Assembly (NCBI GenBank): GCA_038087875.1
Contig: CM075993.1
Coordinates: 5,210,001 to 5,274,000 of the forward strand
Source: Malacoraja senta
Taxonomy: Eukaryota
Length of the DNA stretch: 64,000 bases
Direction: 5' to 3'
Positions within the stretch are counted from its first letter, which is position 1, and every line of letters begins with the position of its first letter. Both the position numbers and the translations under genes were made by a program. Positions 53,205 to 63,085 of the stretch are shown here, piece by piece. Below the pieces are notes generated by a model. The model was not told where the DNA came from. It worked only from the letters and a program-made list of their open reading frames with translations, and ran no database searches.

Positions 53205-53985
53205 AGTTTAGTTTATATTTTTGCACGTGTACCGAGGTATAGTGAAAAGCTTTTTATGCTGTTGTGTGCCAACAAGATTATACATGATTACAATCAAACT
53301 GTCCACGGTAAAGGGAATAATGTTTAGTGCAAGGTAAAGTCCGATTAAAGATAGTCTGAGGGTCTCCAATGAGGTAGATGGAAGGTCAGGACCGCGCTCT
53401 GGTTGGTGACAGGATGGTTCAGTTACCTGACAGCAGCTGGGAAGAAACAGTCCCTGAATCTGGAGGTGTGCGTTTTCACACTTCTGTACCTCTTGCCTGA
53501 TGGGAGAGGGGAGAAGAGGGAGTGTCTGGGGTGTGACTGTTCCTTGTTTATGCTGCTGGCAGCGACACAAGGCAGCGTGAAGTGTTGATGGTGTCAATGG
53601 AAGGGAGGTACACAAAAATGCTGGAGAAACTCAGCGGGTGCAGCAGCATCTATGGAGCGAAGGAAATAGGCAACGTTTTGGGCCGAAACCCTTCTTCAGA
53701 CCTCCTCCTCTCAATGGAAGGGAGGTTGGTTTATGTGATGGTCTGTACTGCGTCTGCAATTGTTTGCGGTCTTGGATGGAGCTGTTCCCAAACCTTGCTG
53801 TGATGCATCCCGAAAAATGCTTTCTGCGGCGAATCAGTAGAAGTGGGTGAGAGTTATGGGGGCATGCTGAACTTCCTAAGCTGCCTATGGAAGGATATGC
53901 GTTGGCGTGCATTCCTGGCCATTGCTACGAAATGTGTGGTCCAGGACAAGTTGCTGGTGATATTTACTCCTAGGAATTTGAAGTA
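53205..53985 (-). mobile_element. Rex1/Babar-like LINE fragment interrupted by a Penelope pLTR piece (53610-53710)
   Basis: SGCITARFGNSSIQDRKQLQ. The insert is bounded by a perfect 16-nt repeat tcaatggaagggaggt (53594-53609 / 53711-53726). Confidence 0.8.
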
Positions 53986-54477
53986 ATGGTACAAGGGATG
54001 GTAGGGATATGATTCCAAAGCAAAGATATTTCAGGCCACTTTGATGTAGAAAATTGACAGTTTTTGTATCTGTATAAGTTATTTTCCTCATTAATGCACA
54101 ATAAAAAGAATCTACTTTGCAAATCTCTGAAAGGCACCTGATGATTTTCTTCCTGAAAAGCTATATGTCATTCCTAATCTAACAGGGTTTGGTGAAGTGA
54201 GTTACTTTTCCAAGTGCTCCTTACACAGGTTCCATGCAGATTCTTGGGGAACTCGTACACTGTAGTGACCACTTAATATGATCCTTAAAGTGCCTCACTG
54301 TTGACCATCCCCGGTTCCCATGAGGAAGCCATGTGTACGTGGTTACGTTTAAGGAGGTATTCCGACTGGAACGGATGCTCTCTGGAGGAATGCCAAGACC
54401 ATTGTGAAGCACAAAGGATGGCATGTTTTTAACCGTGCTTTTAATTCTGTATTTAGAATCTTTTTTTAACGTTGCAG

Positions 54478-54614
54478 GTTCTGGGGAGACGCCCACCTTG
54501 GATACCATTGATTCCTACATGAGGAAATTACACGGCATTATTCTGTCCAACCCACAAAGTAGTGAGAATCTCATTACTACAGTGCGTGACTTAGTTAGTC
54601 GACTCGACAGGTGA
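54478..54614 (+). CDS. HMG20A: HMG20A last main coding exon ((G)SGETPTLDTIDSYMRKLHGIILSNPQSSENLITTVRDLVSRLDR*)
   Basis: Matches the HMG20A C-terminus. TTGCAG acceptor, TGA at 54612-54614. Summed exons give 1056 nt from ATG 35043, i.e. 351 aa plus stop. Confidence 0.95.
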
Positions 54615-54850
54615 GCAGATCAGGCAGATGCGCTGCATCAAAAAGCACTTTGAGGTTATCTTATCTCAGCCATGATCACAACATTTTCTATGTTTCTATG
54701 TTTATTGTGGATTCTGTGTTGCTACTTAATTTGTTTTTTTCTTAATTGGACAGTCTCTTGAATGAATGTTTGCAGGTACTGTTTCGACAATGATTGGTGA
54801 CTGTGGAGCTATATGGTACAGACTGAATTGACAATTATATAAAGAAATGT

Positions 54851-55159
54851 GGGGCGGCACTCTGACTCATCTGGTAGAGCCGCTGCCCCACAGCACCGGT
54901 GACCCGGGTTCAATCCTGTCCTCGGGTGCTGTCTGTATGGAGTTAGCACGTTCTCCTTGTGACTGCATGGGTTTCCTCCGCCAGCTCCAGTTTCCTCCCA
55001 CACCCTAACGATGTGTGGGTTTATGGGTTAATTGGCCTTAGTGTGTAGGGAGTGGATGAAAAAGTGGGTCAGCATAGAATTAATATGAATGGGTGATTGA
55101 TGGTTGGCGTGGACGTTGGGCCGAAGGGCCTGTTTCCGTGCTGTATCTTTAAACTAAAT
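54851..55159 (+). mobile_element. V-SINE (HE1-like)
   Basis: ggggcggcac head, gggttcaatcc B box, ctgtatctttaaactaaa tail. Confidence 0.82.
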
Positions 55160-55482
55160 CCTGTAAACTATACTGTCCAAGTATATTAAACCTACCTCAA
55201 CAATTTCTTCTGGCAGCTCGTTCCATATACCTACCCCTTTCTGTGTTTAAAAAGTTGCCTCTCAGCTTCCTGTTATATCTTTTCCCCTCACCTTAAACTT
55301 ATGCCCTCTAGTCCTTGATTCCTCTACACTAGGAAAAATATTGTGTACATTCACCCTGCTTATTCCCCTCGTGATCTTGTATATCTCTATAAGATCACAG
55401 GTACATTCCTACGAATCTGAACCGTTGAGCACACCAAAAGTAAAATCGAAGTAAGAGAAACAGGGCACACTATTAATGTGCC

Positions 55483-55646
55483 CGAGAAGGAACTGCAGAT
55501 GCTGGAAAATCGAAGGTAGACAAAAATGCTGGAGAAACTCAGCAGCATCTATGGAGCGAAGGAAATAGGCGATGTTTCGGGTCGCCATTTCCTTCGCTCC
55601 ATAGATGCTGCCTCACCCACCAAGTTTCTCCAACATTTTTGTCTAC
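55483..55646. mobile_element. Inverted Penelope-type pLTR pair with 13-nt TSD
   Basis: ctattaatgtgcc at 55470-55482 and 55647-55659. Confidence 0.78.
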
Positions 55647-56913
55647 CTATTAATGTGCCAGGTGGTTTCCAGTTGAATCATTGTGCAAAATGATTGCCCC
55701 AGCATATGTTTAGTGCCATAACCTTGCCAGAAGAGCAACAAAATTGAGATTTAAGTTTCCCTTTGAAGCTGCAATATGACAGATTCGACGTGCCTTTAAA
55801 AAAATATATCTATTGATTGCAACCATTAAAGCTTCAAAAATTAGTTCCTCCACAATGGAGTTTGAAGTATGAAGTTTAACGGGTGTGGGCAGCCACTGTG
55901 CACATTCCCAGCAAGGAATTTATTCCACCATGGGGAAAAAGCGGAAGAATATTGGAGGAGGAAAGGAATGTTTATTTGACTCAAAGCCCATCAACATAAA
56001 ACTATTTTGGGTTTTAACATCTGTTTTCAACAATATTGCCTGATAGTGGCAGAAACCAGATGCAAAGGAAAAATATGTTGGATGATTAAACTGAGTAGTT
56101 TTAACATCAGCCTTCCAGTTCTGGTTAGATTATTAAATCTTTGTCATGTCGTAAGTCTTAATGGAACATAATGTTTTTTTTAAAGTTAACATGGATTCTT
56201 TCTCTTTGCTCCCTTCACCTAGTTGAAATTGTGGTTGACCGTCGAGGCATCAACATCTGTACACACAGCTGGGCAGTGGGAAATGGAAGGGGCCACTGGA
56301 TTTTCAATGGAAATAAAATGGCAGCTACTGTTTCTGGCCTTGAAATTTAGCCTGACCTGGAGAAGGATTGTTCCTTTCATTTCAAGAGACCTAACATCGG
56401 AGTGCTACAGGCGATTGCTGCTGGGTTGTCTCTTGTTAGTTGGCAGCGTTGATGTCTTTTTAACTCCTCCATGATTGTTCTCTTGCCAAATTTCCCTGTG
56501 TTAATTGTATGTTATGTTATGTAGCAATTGAGCCATTCTGTGCTCAAACAAAATCATTTATTTAATTATGTTTTGTTATAAAAGGATGTTTTCTCTCTTC
56601 TCTTTACGGGGCAGCAAATAAGCTGAAGTTGGGAACTCATCGGGTCATTTTCGGACACACTGGCTGGTACGCCAAATATCAGACTATTTATGATATGAAC
56701 AGGGTAACCTGTTGATGGAATTGGTCATAATACCATCAGAGTAGGACAGGAAAACAATGTTCGGTATCATCTTTTATCCCCAATGCTAACTAATGTAGCA
56801 GTGTCATAGAATTGTAAAAATTTGAAGCACAGGCCATTCTGCCCATTATGGTCATGTCTGGTATAAAAGAACTACTTAAGCTAACCTCACTTCCCAGTCC
56901 TCCGTCAGTTGCT

Positions 56914-57036
56914 TCTTGCGTAAGGCGTGCGCAGCCTAAAGTTGTAGGACAACTTGTTCTATTTGATTGTGCACACGGGGTTGATTGCATTCGTTGCAAC
57001 AGGGCGGACCACCTGAAGGTTGCAATCTCCCACCCC
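56914..57036 (-). mobile_element. 123-nt non-autonomous retroelement: 5' HDV-like ribozyme plus structured LINE-like 3' tail
   Basis: Flanked by imperfect direct repeats cgtcagttgct (56903-56913) and agtcagttact (57037-57047). The 5' boundary is G1 of the ribozyme. The 3' half has nested stems and ends ...CTTACGCAAGA(AG). Confidence 0.75.
56983..57036 (-). ncRNA. Minimal HDV-like (CPEB3-type) self-cleaving ribozyme, 54 nt
   Basis: The - strand reads GGGGUGG GA GAUUGCA ACC UUCAGGU GGU CCGCCCU GU UGCAA CGAA UGCAAUC. This parses as P1 (7 bp with G1-U wobble), P2 (7 bp perfect), P3 (3 bp), 7-nt L3, GU for P1.1, vestigial P4, and J4/2 CGAA with the catalytic C. Activity untested. Confidence 0.85.
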
Positions 57037-57907
57037 AGTCAGTTACTGATGAGAACAAAAATAGCCTTCCTATCGGCTATATTTCTGTCATTTACTTTAA
57101 ATGTGTGCACCTTATTAAGAGTGTTCTCCGCAAGGGAAATGTCATTCCCTGTTCCTCTTGTCAAGTCTTCTCAAAAGTTTACGACCTTGCGTAAGTACTG
57201 CAGCTGTTTTTCAGGAAAGCCGATTTCCAACCAGCCTCTCATGGTAACTAAGGCTGTCGAGTCTTGTAAATCTTCCGACAATATCGTGCTATAATTGGCC
57301 CCCATCCCCTGAAAGTTGGGAGGGAGTGAATAATCCGTCTTCTCCATCCTAGTTGGAGTATCTCCTTCAAAATACATTTTCATAAGGTCACATGATAGGA
57401 GCAGAATTAGGCTATTCGGCCCATCAAGTGTACCCCGCCATTCAATCATGGCTGATCTATCTCTCTCACCTAACCCCATTCTCCTGCCTTCTCCCCATAA
57501 CCCTTGACACCCGTACTAATCAAGAATCTATCTCTGCCTCAAGTAAGAGAAAAGAACTAAAGATAAGGAACTAAATCCATCCAATGAAAGATGATTGACC
57601 TGAAATGTTCAATTTGTTTCTCTGCAGCTGCTTTCTAATCTTATAGGGCATTTTTCAAATCTATTCTAGCATTTCTTGCTTGTATTTTAGATTTCCACAA
57701 TTTACAGTGCTTTGCTTCTGTAAATCAGCATTGATGCATCTTGCAGCGAGATGGTCACTGTTGCTGGAGAAGGAATTAGTGCTGATTGCAGAATCCAAGT
57801 GCATCCTGATTATTCACGCTGCCCACATCTTGCCACCCCGGCCCTACTGTGGAATAGATTACCCAAACTCTGCAGGCTTCCATGCAAAATGAGAACTTGA
57901 CCAACCT

Positions 57908-58221
57908 ACGGTGGAACAGTGGTAGAGTTGTTGCCTTCACAGCCCTTGCAGCGCCGGAGACCCTGGTTCGATCCTGACTACAGGCGCTGTCTGTACGGAG
58001 TTTGTCCGTTCTCCCCGTGACCGCATGGGTCTTTTTTCTGATATCTTCGGTTTCCTCCCACACTCCAAAGACGTACAGGTATGTAGGTAAATTGGCTTGG
58101 TATAAGTGTAAATTGTCCCTAGTGTGTGTAGGAAAGTGTTAATGTGCAGGGATCGCTGGTCGGTGCCAGCTTGGTGGACCGAAGAGCCTGTTTCTGCGCT
58201 GTATCTCTAAACTAAACTAAA
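57908..58221 (+). mobile_element. V-SINE (HE1-like), well preserved
   Basis: tRNA-like head with ggttcgatcc, V-like core, CR1-like tail ending (ctaaa)n. Confidence 0.85.
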
Positions 58222-59524
58222 GGGCTGCCCTTTCCGAGCGGCACCTCGACCGAAGTACGTGGGAAAGAACTGATATGTTTTGTACGATGTTAAAGCCTGC
58301 ACCCCAAAATAAGTTTGATCTTGTGCAATTAGTATTGTAAAGTGTTATTTTAATTACAGTTAAATGACCCAAAGAAAACCTTTTGTATCGCCACTGGAAC
58401 TTATCTAGTGGGAATACTTTTTCATAAATGTCATTGCAACAGCAAATGTTTTTATAATATACCTGAGCTCTGCAAACAGAGGCAGTGAGTACTGCTGTGT
58501 CTGCTTGAGTTTATTCAGTGAAACATGTGGAAAAGATGAAGAAACACCAGGAGTTATTTTTGAGTGTCTAAGCCAGAGGGAGTGGAAAGTAGGAATACAA
58601 GAGCACTTCAGACGCTGGAATCTGGAGCAGAAAATGAACTGCTGGAACAGCTCAGCAGGATCTGACGAGTGAGTGAGATGGTTGGTGTTTCGGGTCGAAA
58701 CCCTAAGAGTGTAGAGGGGAGATGGCCGGTATATAGAAGTGAGCGGGAGGGATGAGGTAAAGGTGGAAGGCACATTTCTTGAAGCTGATCGACATTTCAG
58801 GAGTCCTCGAGTAGAAAGCTTAATTTTGAGAGCAGATGCTGATTCCCAGAAAAATGTGGGAAAAATCCCAAGTAATGATATATGGATAGATTATATAGCA
58901 GCTGAGGTTTAGGGCTATGTTCAGAGTTGTACAACCTCCACATGGTATAATGACATAGAGTCACTCACCCGTGCCAACAAACTTTCTGATACATAGTTGG
59001 AAAACACAACCCAAAGTGGGACTGTCCTCATTCCTGAACAAAAGTGCGTGTCCACGTCACATCCAGTGATTCCCACTAGAAGTTGCCCGTGGATATCAGG
59101 TGAGCAGAGGGTTTGATGTGAACATGGAGCCTTCGATTGGAACAAGGAGTGGAACTAACATTCCATATACATTTTAAAACTTTCCACAAATGGATATTGA
59201 ACCAATTTCAAGATGAAATGACACCACTAGCCCAAATGAGAGGTGAAGAAGGGTCTCGACCTGAAACGTCATCCATTCCTTCTCCAGAGATGCTGCCTGT
59301 CCCGCTGTGCTACTCCAGCATTTTGTATCTACCTTCGATTTAAACCCGCATCTGCAGTTCTTTCCTACACAGAGGTTAATTGGATAGTCATTTACAATTT
59401 TATTTAAAAGTTTATTTTACTCTATCGGATACTGACTACCTTTGCTATTTTGCAACTCACTATTCTTGGGTGGTAGCTGGCAGACTGAATTGCAACGAGC
59501 TTCAGGCTTCATTTCAATTCAATA

Positions 59525-60193
59525 CAGTGCCCTCCATAATGATTGGGACTAAGACCCACCATTTATTTATTTGCCTCTGTACTCCACAATTTGAGATTTG
59601 TAATAGAAAAAATCACATGTAGTTAAAGTGCACATTGTCAGATTGTAATAAAGACCATTTTTATACATTTTGGTTCCACCATGTAGAAATTACAGCAGTG
59701 TTTATACATAGTGCCCCCATTTCAGGGCACCATAATGTTTGGGACACAGCAATATCATGTAAATGAAAGTAGTCATGTTTAGTATTTTGTTGCATATCCT
59801 TTGCATGCAATGACTGCTTGAAGTCTGCGATTCATGGACATCACCAGTTGCTGGGTGTCTAATCTGGTGCTGCTCTGCCAGGCCTGTATTGCAGCCATCT
59901 TTAGCTTATGCTTGTTTTGGGGGCTAGTCCTCTTCAGTTTTCTCTTCAGCATATAAAAGGCATGCCATGTGTCCCAAACATTATGGTGCCCTGAAATTTG
60001 GGGACTGTGTATAAACACTGCTGTAATTGCGACGTGGTGAAACCAAAATATATAAAATTATCTTTATTAAAATCTGACAATGTGCACTTTAACCACATGT
60101 GATTTTTTTTTCTATTACAAATCTCAAATTGTGGATTACAGTGGCAAATAAATAAATGATGGGTCTTTGTCCCAAACATTATGGAGGGCACTG
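59525..60193 (-). mobile_element. Internally deleted Tc1/mariner DNA transposon (IR/DR type)
   Basis: TA|CAGTGCCCTCCATAATG ... CATTATGGAGGGCACTG|TG. ~225-nt inverted repeats with inner direct repeats (ccataatgtttgggaca). Transposase C-terminus remnant LKRKLK...AAIQAWQS...LVMSMNRRLQAVIACKGYATKY*. Confidence 0.92.
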
Positions 60194-61277
60194 TGTAAAG
60201 ATACTCCCATTGGGGGACAGAAGAGGGGGATGTGGAAAGAGACTGAAGGAATTCTGGCTGACCTGAGGTATTACAATTACTCTTCAAGAAAAACGCTCCC
60301 ATTTCTACACAATCTGGCAGCTCCAGCTTGATGTATATTGATTGCCTTACCCATCTAATAGTCCACAGATGTTTGTCATGTATGCTGCTTAAGACTAATA
60401 CCGATGCTAGTGCCGCTTATGTACGTGGATCATTGTAAAAGCAAAGAAACAAACTAACTGAAGATTCGGTGCCAAATGTACCACATGCCTGTCCGTCTTC
60501 TCCAAGTAATATTTCACTCTGAAGTGCAAATATGTATGGAAACTTGGCTTTCCCTTTCCAAATCCTGTTCCTTTATCCTACATAGATAGATTTGTGAGTG
60601 AAGTACTGTACAGAGATGAGAAGAAACACGCTCACAATTTTGTTAACAATTCCTGTTCTTGCCACAACCTAATCTTGTTTAGGTGTTATTTAATCCCCTG
60701 AAGACCAGTATTTACATTTTGTTTGAATACGGATTAATTTTATGGCCTTGCAATTGAGAAACGTTAAAACAAGAGGGTTTCAAACTACAATAATTCCATT
60801 TGCAGTAATACCAATCTCGTAATATTTTGATAAACTGCTTCCTGAACATTGTTGGAAAACATTGAACCAAATCATTGCCAGTAGACATGATGGCAATAAA
60901 GAGAAAAGTCCAAAATGTTCTGAAGAAACAGTACAGATGTTATTTCAAAGTGTTAACTGATCGAACAATTGATGTATACAGATTGCATTTTGGAATCAGT
61001 GCAACTGCAGTTTTAAATGAAAGCTGTATTAAATATTTATGAAAGTTAATTTCTTCCTGTGTCTTTCTTAAATAAGAATTTCCAAAGTCCAGTCGAAAGG
61101 GTTGCATCAAAAAACAATTCTGTTGACTTTTATGGAAGCTGGTAGAGCTGCTGCCTCACAGCGCCAAAGACCCAGCTACATTCCTGACCTCGTGAGCTGT
61201 CTGTGTGTAGTTTCCACGTTGTCCCTGTGACCACATGGGCGTCCAATCCGGGTGATCAGGTATCCTCCCACATCCCA

Positions 61278-61724
61278 GATTGATAAAAATACATCACTTG
61301 ATGCTCCTGAACACATCATCAGTGATGTAACCTGGGGGTCATTGGGTGTTTCGGGTCGTTCAACATCAGACACCCTCACCCAGGCGACCCAGCCGTGGTT
61401 GATCAGACCAGGACTTGTGTTCAGGTGACATTCGCTCCTCCCCATGGACCTCCTGATCCAGAGCCATCTCGAGGCCTTCTCCGCTGCCTCTGTGGTGTTC
61501 TTGATGGCTCGTCTCCTCTCCATTCCATTGATGCCCAGCGCACTCAAGGCTTTGTAGAGCGTTTGCCCTGCAAAACCTCTGCAGCCAACCTCGATGGGCA
61601 TACACCTTGCCTTCCAGCCCTGCTTACGGCAGTCTATGACCAGCTCTTTGTACTTGGTCTTCTTCCTCTCGTGGGCCTCCTCCAGACGGTCCTCCCACGG
61701 CACTGTCAGTTCCAACAAGACGAT
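61278..61724 (-). mobile_element. 5'-truncated HERO/R2-superfamily (RLE) non-LTR retrotransposon inserted in a V-SINE (61135-61870)
   Basis: IVLLELTVPWEDRLEEAHERKKTKY...PIEVGCRGF...EAAEKASRWLW is a restriction-like endonuclease C-terminus. The SINE sequence breaks at catccca| and resumes at aagacgatgtgcagg. Confidence 0.85.
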
Positions 61725-62384
61725 GTGCAGGTTTGTAGATGAATTGGCCTCTGTAAATTGACCCCAGTATGTAGGGGATTGTATGCAAACGTAAGATAAC
61801 CTAGAACTATAGCATGAACGGGTGATTGATGGACAACATTGACTTGGTGAGCCAAAGGGCTTCTGACAATGACTGCTAATTATAACTCTCCACATCATGG
61901 GAAAGTTACTCATAACTGTCTTTGTATGGAAAAATTATAAAAATTGAATTGTACAAAAACAGCTTCAAGAATTTTCCCTGCTATTTTTGCCAAATTCCAC
62001 CGAGCATAACCTACTTCTGTTTGAGTTTTTCCTTGAAGGTGCAACTGCAGTTTAAAATGTAAATGAATTTTCCTTGAAGGATTGATGTTTGGAATTGAAT
62101 AACTCCATGACACATTGGATTCATCAGTAAAGTACATGCCTGTGTTGAGATACTGAGGCGCTTTCCCCAGAAAGATCTCAGGGTTCGGTCCCAATCTGTT
62201 CGGTTTGACCTTTAGTCTGTCTGGGCATAGAGTGAACGGATGATTAGTCATTGAGTGATTGAATCTTGGAATGTTTGCATTGTGGCCAGAAGCTTGTGGG
62301 ATCCTTGCCAAAAGGCATGACACTCGCAGCTGAATAGTGTGCCAGCATTTGTTGCCTCGGCTCCCACAAGCAATGGGCTTTTAT

Positions 62385-62588
62385 AGCTCAATGGGACAGG
62401 CAGCTTCTCTGGAGAGAAGGAATGGTTGACGATTCGGTTCGAGACCCTTCTTCAGACACCTTCTGAAGAAGGTTCTCGACCCGAAACATCACCCATTTCT
62501 TCTCTCCAGAGATGCTGCCTGTCCCGCTGAGTTACTCCAGCTGTTTGTGTCTTTTCGGTTAAAATCCGCATCTGCAGTTCCTTCTGAC
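62385..62588. mobile_element. Inverted Penelope-type pLTR pair with perfect 15-nt TSD
   Basis: gcaatgggcttttat at 62370-62384 and 62589-62603. Confidence 0.8.
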
Positions 62589-62949
62589 GCAATGGGCTTT
62601 TATCCCAAGTACCAGGCAGTGCCCATGAAAGTGCACTGCAGGAATGTATCCATCTCTTGTTTGGAGTGAAGGAGAAAGTTAAATCAGTATTCCATTAAAT
62701 CAAGTATTCTATTTCATTTTTAGGTTTATTTATTATAAGAGTCACGTGTACCGAGACAAGGTGAGAAGTTTTGTTTTGCATGGTATCCAAACAGGTCCAC
62801 ATAATACTATACATAAATCCAATCACGTCATGAGTGTTTTACTGTCAAATGTCTCAGACAGAACAATGAAATTCTTACTTGCAGCAGCACAACAGAATAT
62901 GTAAACATAGTACACTGTGAACAATATAATAATCAAGATAAAAAGGTCT

Positions 62950-62962
62950 GTGTTTGTGTGTG

Positions 62963-63017
<55 letters not shown>

Positions 63018-63085
63018 CACACACATAGACTCACACTCTCACTCACACTCACCCTCACACACACACACACACACCATATATACAT
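62950..63085. repeat. Compound (TG)n(TA)n(CA)n microsatellite within LINE tail fragments
   Basis: Directly visible. Confidence 0.92.

Larger units (their letters stand above)
56223..61040 (+). other. HMG20A: Probable terminal / 3' UTR exon of HMG20A (3' end uncertain)
   Basis: Very strong acceptor (TTCTTTCTCTTTGCTCCCTTCACCTAG, AG at 56221-56222) with a TTAAC branch-like motif ~33 nt upstream. Candidate polyA signals AATAAA 56312-56317 and ATTAAA 61028-61033. The extent is a guess. Confidence 0.4.

Noticed and set aside
35040..54614. Assignment as the paralogue HMG20B
   Set aside because: The N-terminal TLPPLF and NNPEFVEDLSQ segments and the C-terminal RLDR match HMG20A, not HMG20B.
56848..57294. 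148-aa + strand ORF (and overlapping ORFs 56790-56999, 56985-57194)
   Set aside because: It runs across the ribozyme mini-element insertion and its flanks, has no recognisable domain, and is most likely a chance open frame.
57171..57479. 102-aa - strand ORF
   Set aside because: The N-terminal third is CR1/SINE tail sequence. The remainder has no recognisable homology or clear splice context.
61344..61375. Canonical hammerhead ribozyme in the HERO 3' UTR
   Set aside because: CUGAUG and GAAAC are present, but A9, a local stem II and stem I are missing. Kept only as a structured-RNA observation.
61176..61913. 245-aa ORF as a host gene
   Set aside because: Chimera of SINE sequence and a HERO endonuclease fragment.
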